Part shown: positions 12,896 through 23,742 of the stretch, one piece after another | How positions within the stretch are numbered: position 1 is the first letter of the stretch | Layout: every line of letters starts with the position of its first letter | Source: Macrostomum lignano | Lineage: Eukaryota | Reading direction: 5' to 3' | Assembly: GCA_002269645.1 (NCBI GenBank) | Contig: NIVC01002367.1 | Span: 62,001 to 126,000 of the forward strand | DNA: 64,000 bases | Program-made: the position numbers and the translations under genes | Notes under the pieces: model-generated | Databases searched by the model: none | What the model was told of the DNA's origin: nothing | The model's input: the letters and a program-made list of their open reading frames with translations, nothing else

Positions 12896-13547
12896 TCATG
12901 CCAAACAAAATGGAGCCACTATAAAGCTAAGGATATTGTTGCACTAGCTGCTTTTTCTCTGGTGGATGCTTGCTATTTAAGGATGGATACTTGTTATCAG
13001 GGGGATGCTTGCTATCTGAGGGATGCTTGCTATTGGGGGGACGCTAGCTACTGGGGTAACCTGCTATTGGGAGATGCTTGCTCTTGGGGGGTGGAGGGTA
13101 CTTGCTATCTGAGAGGGGGTTGCTAGATATCTATAAGGTCTCTTTGTATCCAGGTTATGCTTGCTATCTGAGGTTGCTTGCCGTCTGGGGGATGCTTGCT
13201 ATCTGGGGTTGCTTGCGGTCTGGGGGATGCTTGCTATCTGGGGGATGCTGGGGGATGCCTGCAAGCAACCTCAGATAGCAAGCATAACCTGGATACAAAG
13301 AGACCTTATAGATATCTAGCAACCCCCTCTCAGATAGCAAGTACCCTCCACCCCCCAAGAGCAAGCATCTCCCAATAGCAGGTTACCCCAGTAGCTAGCG
13401 TCCCCCCAATAGCAAGCATCCCTCAGATAGCAAGCATCCCCCTGATAACAAGTATCCATCCTTAAATAGCAAGCATCCACCAGAGAAAAAGCAGCTAGTG
13501 CAACAATATCCTTAGCTTTATAGTGGCTCCATTTTGTTTGGCATGAC
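12895..13547. repeat. Perfect inverted repeat: 287-bp arms (12895-13181 / 13261-13547), 79-bp spacer
   Basis: Arms are exact reverse complements at the positions checked (coordinates sum to 26442). ORFs 13078+ and 13164- share the same N-terminal peptide. Confidence 0.95.
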
Positions 13548-13549
13548 AC

Positions 13550-14580
13550 TTTTTTATGTTTGAAACGGTGTCTCTTTAATGTTTGACATGGCGGCTCTTC
13601 TATGTTAGAAATGGTGTCTCTTCTATATTTGACATGGTGGCTCTTTTGTGTTTGACATAAAAGCTCTTTAATGTTTGACATGGTGGCTCTTTAATGTTGA
13701 CATAGTGGCTCTTTAATGTTTGACATGGTGTCTCTTCTATGTTTGACATGGTGGCCCAGTTTTTTGACATGGTGGCTCTTTAATGTTTGACATGGAGTCA
13801 CGTATATGTTTATCATGGTGGCTCTTGAATGTTCGACATGGAGTCATGTATATGTTTTACATGGTGGCTCTTTAATGTTCGACATGGTGTCTCTTCAATG
13901 TTTGAAATGGAGTCATGTATATGTTTGACATGGTGGCTCTTTTATGTTCGACATGGTGTCAATTCAATGTTTGACATGGAGTCACGTACGTTTGAAATGG
14001 TGTCTCTGTAATGTTTGACATGGTGGCTCTTTTATGTTTGGCATGGTGGCTCTTTAATGTTTGACATGGAGTCACCTATATGTTTGACATGGTGGCTTTT
14101 TATGTTTTGCATGGTGGCTCTTTTATGTTTCACAAGGTGCTCTTTTATGTTTGGCATGGTGGCTCTTTTATGTTTGACATGGTGGCTCTTTAACGTTTGA
14201 CATAGTGGCACTTTAATGTTCGACATGGTGTCTCTTTAATGTTTGACATGGAGTCACGTATATGTGTCACATGATAGATCTTTTATGTTCGACATGGTGC
14301 TCTTTTATGCTTGACATGGTAGCTCTTTTATGTTTGACATGATGGCCCTTTTATGTCTGACATGGTGGTTCTTTTATGTTTGAAATGGTAGCTTTTTATG
14401 TTTGACATGGTGGCTCTTTAAGCTTGACATGGTGGCTCTTTAATGTTTGACATGGATTCACGTATATGTATGACATGGTGGCTCTATAATGTTTGACATG
14501 GTGCCACTTTTATGTTTGACATGGATTCACGTATATGTTTGACATGGTGGCTCCATAATGTTTGACATGGTGCCACTTTT
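13550..14580 (-). repeat. ~21-bp satellite, reverse orientation (ATGTTTGACATGGTGGCTCTTTT)
   Basis: Direct reading; reverse complement of the 11370-12895 monomer. Confidence 0.95.
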
Positions 14581-14660
14581 ATGTGTGACATTGCATTGTG
14601 CTTCTTTTGTGTTTAGTATTTTTTGTTTTTAAGGTGTTTTAATAAAAAAATCACTTTGCA

Positions 14661-14724
14661 CTCCTAAGATTCGAACCCAGGTCGCTACATTAGCAGTTCA
14701 GTCTGTTCGCAACTAGGCTATCTC
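14661..14724 (-). other. tRNA-derived module (Pol III A and B boxes) inside the Helitron unit
   Basis: Minus strand TAGCCTAGTTG ... ACTGCTAAT ... GGGTTCGAATC. No acceptor stem. Confidence 0.6.
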
Positions 14725-15897
14725 TTTTCAATTGGAGAACATGAATTGCTGCCCTTATAACTCAATTCTTACAGCAAGTCGGTTAGACTAAAAAGTTATG
14801 ACATAATCAATTTTTTAGTCAGCCAGTATCAGTCTCAATTTAAGTTAGCAATATTGGTTACGCAATTTAAATCAAGTCGTGTGTGCATTTCTTCGGTACT
14901 GTTTTCAACTTGTTGTGATGCAATCTTTATCAGAATTGAAATTCAGTCAGTCAGGTTTTTCTCTAGCATTCTTACAATGCATTTCAAGTCGAAAATTTTG
15001 CTTGACCTTTGCAAAAAAGCATGTTTTTCGAATATTTAATCCCTTTAACATTGAGCAATTTCTTAGCCAAGATGCATGTACCGTGTCAGGAAAATTTCTG
15101 ATCGAATAATGAAGTTTAAAGAAAATCGGTTGAGCCATTTTTTCTGACTAGCAATCTAGCGCCCCCCTTCGGGGTGGCCAATAAGCAAGGGACGAATCCT
15201 TTAAAATGAAAAGAATTCTTAGGGAGGGGGGCTAGGAATCGAATTCTCATTTTAATTCTGGGCTTATGTACCAATAAAACATGCTTGTGCAGAATTTTAT
15301 AACTGACATTGACAATTCAACCATACTTGCCTTCTTTCAGAGCAATTGCGTACTACTTCTACCAGTACGCTCTGCAATGGCTGGAAAAGCAGCAACAGCA
15401 AAAAATATTGTTACCCAAAGGCAACAACACAGTTGCCTATCATGCAGAGGCGTCATTGGCGTTGCACCAAGTTTAGTTGTGTACGCTTAACTGTTTTAAT
15501 ATTTGCATACAAACATTGGCATCGGCTATTGTGACTGGAGCCAGTGGTTATTTGATATTGGATATTGCCTGGTACAATGACTTACATTAATTGGTTCGAC
15601 TTGCTTAAAGTTATTGTGTCCGTAATTTAGATTTTTTACTTTTGTACTTTTATTTTTGACTCAAATAGCCAATACTTTCGCATAGCCTAATAATTCCTTT
15701 TAGCTACAGTTCTTTCTTGCAGTTCGCATGTGCCCCAACCCTTTTCATCTTTATTCACTCACAGGGTAATTAAAATGCAATTTTAATTTCACTTACTCAA
15801 CTCTAGGAACTTGTAGTTTTCTAGCAGTTTTTCATTTTAGTTATTTTACGACTTTGCTTGACTCATTTTGCAAATCATGCAACTTTGAAATACATGG

Positions 15898-15938
15898 ACC
15901 CTAACCCTAACCATAACCTTAACCCTAACCTAACCCTA
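15898..15938. repeat. Degenerate (TAACCC)n telomere-like tract
   Basis: ccctaaccctaaccataaccttaaccctaacctaaccct; a similar tract lies at 17818-17845. Confidence 0.8.
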
Positions 15939-16689
15939 AAGCATTGAAATTTTAGTAATTCTCTCTAAGAGTCATTATAGCACTACTACAGCATTATAGC
16001 GATTCCCTGCAAGCCTCGACATCGTAGGGATTCCCAAATGAATCTCTTAACTTCGACATGAAGCTTCTTTTATTTTTTACATTACGCTTTTTATCAGCGA
16101 TCCCTCCCCCGAGGAGGCATCAAATGATGTAATAAAAAGTTTTCAATAAACTACATGTAGCTTTTGACTTAAGCCTTGAAATCTCATTTATACCCCCGTG
16201 AGCCTTGAAATCTCAGCTATTCCCCCCGTAAGCCTTAACATGCCAGCGATGGCCCCCATAAACCTTGAAATCTAAAAAATCCCCTGTTATTCTGTTAACC
16301 TTGAAACCCGATAAAATATAACCCTCAACCCACACCCGACCTAAACCTAACTTTAACCCAAGCTAAAGCCTTGAAATCTATAACGATTTCCACCAAGCTT
16401 TGACATCGTAGCAATTCCCAAATGAATCTTTTAACTTCGACATGACTTTTCTTTTATGTATACGTAGCGCTACTTTTATTTTTTACATGACTCTTCTTCT
16501 ATCAGCGCCCCCCGTGGCGAGCCAACAAAGAATGCAATAAAAAATTGAGTAAAGTACATGAACTTTGAAGTAGCTTCTGACTTTTGCTTTGACATCTCAG
16601 AACCCCCCCCCCGTAATCTTAGTTATTCTCTGAGAGCCTTTACGTCTCAGTTTTTCTCCCCAGCACAGCATTATAGCTGCATTAAATTT

Positions 16690-17150
16690 TTACATGACAC
16701 CCTTCATGTCTGACATGACGCTTCTTTTATTCTACCATGATGCTTCTTAATTTTTTAAATGACACTTTCATTAGTTTTTAAATGAGGCTTCTATGATTTT
16801 TTCATGACGCTTCTATGATTTTTACATGACGCTTCTATGATTTTTTACATGACGCTTCTATGATTTTTATATGACGCTTCTATGATTGTTTAAATGACGC
16901 TTCTATGATTGTTTACATGACGCTTCTACGATTGTTTACATGACGCTTCTACGATTGTTTACATGACGCTTCTATGATTGCTTACATGACGCTTCTATGA
17001 TTTTTTAAATGACGCTTCTATGATTTTCATATGACGCTTCTATGATTTTTTAAATGACGCATCTATGATTTCTATATGACGCTTCTATGATTTTTTAAAT
17101 GACGCATCTATGATTTTTATATGACGCTTCTATGATTTTACAAATGAAGC
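16690..17150. repeat. ~23-bp satellite (ACATGACGCTTCTATGATTGTTT)
   Basis: Direct reading. Confidence 0.93.
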
Positions 17151-17214
17151 CTTTTTTTTAAAAGTCTTTTAGTTTTCCTGACGTTGAAAAGCTTTAATAA
17201 AAAAATTATACTCT

Positions 17215-17280
17215 TTGAAAATTCGAACCATCGTCGCTGCATTTAGCAGTTCAGTTTGTTCACCTCTAGGCTAGCTCTCA
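17215..17280 (-). other. Second tRNA-derived module
   Basis: Minus strand TAGCCTAGAGG ... ACTGCTAAA ... TGGTTCGAATT, homologous to 14661-14724. Confidence 0.55.
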
Positions 17281-18908
17281 TCGTTTTGATAACATCAAAT
17301 TTTGCACTTATATAATTCAACACTTTAAAATCCAAGCATAGAGTAAATCACACGAAGCAGTTATGACATAATCAGTTTCTCAGTCAGTCAGTATCAGTTA
17401 ACAATATGGTTACGCAATTTAAATCAAGTCTGATGCTACGCTTCCACACTGCATTTTCAATTCAAGTCGGAGTTACAATTCAGTGATGATGCAATCTATT
17501 TCAGAATCAGAATTCAACCAGTCAGTTTTTTTCTCTAGCATTCTTACCTTGCATTTCAAGTCGAAAAGTTTGCTTGACCTTTGCAAAAAAGCATGTTTTT
17601 CAAATATTTAATGCCTTTAGCATCGAGCAATTTCTTAGCCACGATGCATGTACAGTCGCGGGAAAATTTCTGATCGAACAGTGCAAGTTCGAAGAAAATC
17701 GGTCCAGACTAGCAATCAACGCTCCCCGTTGGGGAGCAAAAGAAATGCAATACACGTTTTTTAATAAGCTATATGTAGCTCAGCCTTGAAATCTGAAAAA
17801 AAATATCCTGTCAAACTTCTAACCCTAACCCTAACCATAACCCTTAATTTAATATTCTGTTCACGAGTTTTTGCATGATTGTTTGCATGATGCTTCTATT
17901 ATTTTTCACGACGCTTCCATTATTTCTATCTAAATCTAAATCTAAACACTAAATCTAAACCCTGGCTAACACCAACCCTAACACTAACCCTACAGCCTGA
18001 CATTTGCATAAGTTTGTGAGCGCTTATGCACCAAATTTTTGTGAACAGAATATTCTTAATTAATGACGTGAGATATTTGAAGCTTTATTTATTTTCGCCA
18101 TAGCACGTCAATACAAAGAACGTGCATATACGCGTACCATTTAATACTTGCATACTTTGAGTGTAGGGTGATACGAAACTGGGTGAATAAATTCGCCGAA
18201 CTAATAAACATTTCTGTTAGTTTCACGATTATTATACACAGTACATGTACAAAATAACAGTTTTATTCAACTGTACTGTTACGAACTACAACAAATAAAG
18301 AAACAGCAAACGGTACGAGCTTTTAATTAGATTTTAAACAACCGAAAATTGACGTTCAAAATTGAAACAATAGTTAAACAAACGCATGTATTTATTCAAA
18401 TGATATAATATGATCTTCTGCTGCTAATAGCAGGTGAAAATTTAAAATAATGTAATAATTAATTAACAAAATGATAGACTGTCGCTTCAGCAGATGGTGC
18501 CATCGACAAGCAGCCAGTATAGCTTTAGCAGTACAAAAATGTACATGTATATGCCATCCTGACTACCTGCCGACTCGCGTCACTGCTCAATTGCATGCAT
18601 TGGGTGTAAGCAAAGGTAGAGACATTCATTCTCAAACCAAACATTAAGTCGCTCCGCTCTGCTTAAGGCTGCTACAGAGCTTGACTGCAAATGCTCCTTT
18701 TAGAGTCTGGAACCACAGGGTATATAGAGCAGCTCCTATACACCATTCACAAACTCTTTTAGCCCAGTTAAGATGCAGTCAACCTACTCTCAATGAGGGC
18801 TGCTTTATAAATTCCAATTATACATACATGTTTCACCTGCTTATATATTCCTGTACTATTATCTGTTTACTGACTGTATTTTATGGTCTGTTCAACGACT
18901 GTATTAGT

Positions 18909-19521
18909 GACTGTATTATTGTCTGTTTAGAGACTGTATTGTCTGTTTAGAGGCTGTATTGTCTGTTTAGAGACTGTATTGTCTGTTTAGAGGCTGTATT
19001 GTCTGTTTAGAGACTGTATTGTCTGTTTAGAGACTGTATTGTCTGTTTAGAGACTGTATTGTCTGTTTAGAGACTGTATTGTCTGTTTAGAGGCTGTATT
19101 GTCTGTTTAGAGACTGTATTGTCTGTTTAGAGACTGTATTGTCTGTTTAGAGACTGTATTGTCTGTTTAGAGGCTGTATTGTCTGTTTAGAGACTGTATT
19201 GTCTGTTTAGAGGCTGTATTGTCTGTTTAGAGACTGTATTGTCTGTTTAGAGGCTGTATTGTCTGTTTAGAGACTGTATTGTCTGTTTAGAGACTGTATT
19301 GTCTGTTTAGAGGCTGTATTGTCTGTTTAGAGACTGTATTGTCTGTTTAGAGACTGTATTGTCTGTTAAGAGGCTGTATTGTCTGTTTAGAGGCTGTATT
19401 GTCTGTTTAGAGGCTGTATTGTCTGTTAAGAGGCTGTATTGTCTGTTTAGAGGCTGTATTGTCTGTTTAGAGGCTGTATTGTCTGTTTAGAGGCTGTATT
19501 ATTGTCTGTTTAGAGACTGTC
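18909..19521. repeat. Homogeneous 20-bp satellite (GACTGTATTGTCTGTTTAGA, A/G variant), ~30 copies, in the Helitron 3' region
   Basis: Direct reading. Confidence 0.97.
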
Positions 19522-21574
19522 TGCATAGTGACTGTATGATCAGTGGCTGTAGTTTTTGTCTGTTAAATGACTGTATATTATGTTCATGTAAAACTGTTAT
19601 AGATGAGTATAAGAAAGAACTTATGAAACATCCCTCGTAAATAGGATTTACTCAATGTACTCTCTCAGGGCTATCAGTTCATTGAGACTCCACGCGACTT
19701 TGATTTCATTCTCTACAGTCAGACGCCAGACACTTCTCAAACACATCCCTTGGACTTGAACTCACGAATAGCGTCCGAAATCGCTTAGTCTCCAGTCAGC
19801 ACCTCTGGGTACACCACGTTCCTCGTCTTAGTTCCAGAAGTACGGACACGGACATTAGCAGCGTTCCTTGCTCGCGACAGAGCCGTATACAGCTGGCCAT
19901 GAGTGAAGCAACCGACAGCGAGGTCCACGCCAACTGTGTCCAGAGACTGTCCCTGTGACTTATGGATCGTCAGGCAGAAACTCGGCTTCACAGGGAACTG
20001 TAATCGTTTAAAACTGACGGGCAGGTCCGCATTGCTAGGAATCAGCGGGATTCGCGGCAGAAGAATCTCATCTCCCGTGAACTGGCCAGCGGCAATCTTG
20101 CACCGAATCACGTTCTCGCCCATCGCGAGTATGATGAGCCGCGTACCATTGCACAACCGTGGCGGGTTGATGTTCCTCAGAAGCACTACTGGCATACCCA
20201 CTTTCAGCCTCAACAAGGGAATCGGAAAGTTCGGGGCATCCAGCTGGTTCAGCAACTCAGGCGGGAAGTGCGTAGCGGCATCCTTATCGGCCTCACTGTC
20301 TATTGAGCGGTACTCTCGCAGGCTTCCGGGGAACATGCCCAGACACGTCTCATTGATGGCATCCACTGAGTCATTGTAAGGCGCCAGGATCGCTCGGTTT
20401 GCAAAGTAGCTGTCTCTTTCCACTGGTTCTTCAAACGATGGGTACACAAAATTGATCAGGTCAGTGAGAGGCCCTTCCGCAGAAATCACGATCTCGGCTG
20501 GCAGAGACACTTTCTCCTCCACATCCTGCTCCCTTGTTCCGGATCCGATCTGTGGAGGGTTAAAATGTCGAATATTTCATAACCTATACACACTTTTAAG
20601 CATAGACATTCCTAAATGACGCAAACTTAAAAAATTGAGCTCAAAAACAAATCCGCGTCTAGTGTATCATTGTCAATCATTTAATAAACTGATGAAATCA
20701 GACTTACCTGCTTGAGTAGCTCGGTGTACATCTGATACGCTACAGAATCGGAACTGCTCAGCATCCGGATGTTTCTCATCAGGCGATGCCGTTGGAAGTA
20801 TTTCCACAGTGAGGATCGGCTCACACACGCCATGACGCTGTTAGCACGAGTCCCATGCACCACAACCGGTAGGAGCTGCCGGAAGTCACCAGCGCACACA
20901 AACACCAGTCCGCCAAATGGCGAGTCCTGCTTCCGCACTGTAGAAAAAATACTAAACTAAAGACTATTTAATTGGAGTTAAATTGAAGGAGCAGGAGGAG
21001 CAGGAAGAGCAGTAAGTGGGCGCAGGGCCCAAACCAATATATTTATAGAACATTTAAAACTTTGGGGGGTTAAGCCCAGAATAATAGAGAGGGGGTAGAG
21101 TGCGCGACTGAGGAAAGAGGCGAGAACGGAGAGCCAATCAGAACGCAGCAAGGGAGAGAGAGATAAGAATAACAAGATTGAGCTAGACAGAGAGAGAAAA
21201 CGGAGTAAACAGAGACAATTGAAGGTGAACTAAGAAATGACTAGGAAAGTCGCGACACTCCCCCCAAAAAATGGAACATTTTTTGAATTTTCGAGTACCA
21301 ATAGAATTATGAATTAGAGTTCAAGAAACAACCTTAAAGCAAATTTAACAATGCTGTACAAATACGACTAAGAATTTCAATACAAAACCTGTGGAGACTA
21401 GAGTGAATGCAAATTTGACCAAGAAATTTCACGTGTGCGATTTTAATGAATAAACTGTTACAACCAAATGAAAACTGACTACATCTACCCTCCCCCCTAA
21501 AAAATTAATTTAATTTTTCACATTGTGACTACATGGTGAAAGAAAAAATTGAATGACGAATTAACGAGGCGATC

Positions 21575-23610
21575 TGGCAGGCGATGAGCGAAGAGACGAT
21601 CCGGCAGGCGAGCCCAGAGGCGCCCCGGCCGAGAATTTGAACCGATAGAGACCGAGGACACCGCAGGACGCACTCCCGACAGACGATGAGCGAAGAGACG
21701 ATCCGGCAGGCGAGCCCAGAGGCGCCCCGGCCGAGAATTTGAACCGATAGAGACCGAGGACACCGCAGGACGCACCCCCGGCAGACGATGAGCGAAGAGA
21801 CGATCCGGCAGGCGAGCCCAGAGGCGCCCCGGCAGAGAATTTGAACCGATAGAGACCGAGGACACCGCAGGACGCACTCCCGACAGACGATGAGCGAAGA
21901 GACGATCCGGCAGGCGAGCCCCGAGGCGCCCCGGCCGAGAATTTGAACCGATAGAGACCGAGGACACCGCAGGACGCACCCCCGGCAGACGATGAGCGAA
22001 GAGACGATCCGGCAGGCGAGCCCAGAGGCGCCCCGGCAGAGAATTTGAACCGATAGAGACCGAGGACACCGCAGGACGCACCCCCGACAGACGATGAGCG
22101 AAGAGACGATCCGCCAGGCGAGCCCCAAGGCGCCCCGGCCGAGAATTTGAACCGATAGAGACCGAGGACACCGCAGGACGCACCCCCGGCAGACGATGAG
22201 CGAAGAGACGATCCGGCAGGCGAGCCCAGAGGCGCCCCGGCAGAGAATTTGAACTGATAGAGACCGAGGACACCGCAGGACGCACCCCCGGCAGGCGATG
22301 AGCGAAGAGACGATCCGGCAGGCGAGCCCCGAGGCGCCCCGGCCGAGAATTTGAAACCGAGAGAGACCGAGGACACCGCAGGACGCACCCCCGGCAGACG
22401 AAGAGCGAAGAGACGATCCGGCAGGCGAGCCCCGAGGCGCCCCGGCCGAGAATTTGAACCGATAGAGACCGAGGACACCGCAGGACGCACCCCCGGCAGA
22501 CGATGAGCGAAGAGAGTCGAGACGATCCGGCAGGCGATGAGCGAAGAGAGTCGAGACGATCCGGCAGGCGAGCCCTGAGGCGCCCCGGCCGAGAATTTGA
22601 AACCGAGAGAGACCGAGGACACCGCAGGACGCACCCCCGGCAGACGATGAGCGAAGAGACGATCCGGCAGGCGAGCCCAGAGGCGCCCCGGCCGAGAATT
22701 TGAACCGATAGAGACCGAGGACACCGCAGGACGCACTCCCGACAGACGATGAGCGAAGAGACGATCCGGCAGGCGAGCCCCGAGGCGCCCCGGCCGAGAA
22801 TTTGAACCGAAAGAGACCGAGGACACCGCAGGACGCACCCCCGGCAGACGATGAGCGAAGAGACGATCCGGCAGGCGAGCCCAGAGGCGCCCCGGCAGAG
22901 AATTTGAACCGATAGAGACCGAGGACACCGCAGGACGCACCCCCGACAGACGATGAGCGAAGAGACGATCCGGCAGGCGAGCCCCGAGGCGCCCCGGCCG
23001 AGAATTTGAACCGATAGAGACCGAGGACACCGCAGGACGCACCCCCGGCAGACGATGAGCGAAGAGACGATCCGGCAGGCGAGCCCAGAGGCGCCCCGGC
23101 AGAGAATTTGAACTGATAGAGACCGAGGACACCGCAGGACGCACCCCCGGCAGGCGATGAGCGAAGAGACGATCCGGCAGGCGAGCCCCGAGGCGCCCCG
23201 GCCGAGAATTTGAAACCGAGAGAGACCAAGGACACCGCAGGACGCACCCCCGGCAGACGAAGAGCGAAGAGACGATCCGGCAGGCGAGCCCCGAGGCGCC
23301 CAGGCCGAGAATTTGAACCGATAGAGACCGAGGACACCGCAGGACGCACCCCCGGCAGACGATGAGCGAAGAGAGTCGAGACGATCCGGCAGGCGATGAG
23401 CGAAGAGAGTCGAGACGATCCGGCAGGCGAGCCCTGAGGCGCCCCGGCCGAGAATTTGAAACCGAGAGAGACCGAGGACACCGCAGGACGCACCCCCGGC
23501 AGACGATGAGCGAAGAAACGATCCGGCAGGCGAGCCCCGAGGCGCCCCGGCCGAGAATTTGAAACCGAGAGAGACCGAGGACACCGCAGGACGCACCCCC
23601 GGCAGACGAA
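21575..23610. repeat. GC-rich 102-bp tandem array (~20 units) with an 859-bp higher-order duplication
   Basis: Period 21583/21685/21787. Identical variant blocks at 22503 and 23362. Confidence 0.96.
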
Positions 23611-23611
23611 T

Positions 23612-23742
23612 CGATGAGGCCGACAGACGAAGCGATGAGGCCGACAGACGAAGCGATGAGGCCGACAGACGAAGCGATGAGGCCGACAGACGAAGCGATG
23701 AGGCCGACAGACGAAGCGATGAGGCCGACAGACGAAGCGATG
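23612..23742. repeat. 21-bp tandem repeat (GATGAGGCCGACAGACGAAGC) x6
   Basis: Direct reading. Confidence 0.95.

Larger units (their letters stand above)
13261..15147 (-). mobile_element. Non-autonomous Helitron unit with 21-bp satellite (5' TC at 15147; 3' end lost in the fold-back)
   Basis: Minus strand starts TC directly after the CTAG of the upstream unit. 13261-14580 is homologous to 52505-54047, where the hairpin-CTAG end is intact. Confidence 0.7.
15148..17708 (-). mobile_element. Apparently full-length non-autonomous Helitron (TC...hairpin-CTAG), ~2.56 kb, with 23-bp satellite
   Basis: 5' TC at 17708-17707; 3' hairpin GCCCCCCTTCGGGGTGGC 15161-15178 and CTAG 15148-15151. Its 5' region is homologous to 14665-15147. 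Confidence 0.75.

Noticed and set aside
13078-13378. Pairs of near-identical ORFs on opposite strands
   Set aside because: A consequence of the perfect inverted repeat; low-complexity translation.
14661-14724. Functional tRNA-Ser gene
   Set aside because: No acceptor stem or long variable arm; embedded in a repeat.
21518-23596. Three 500-700 aa ORFs on the minus strand
   Set aside because: Produced by a stop-free 102-bp tandem unit inside a non-coding LTR element; open in all three frames, with no domain.
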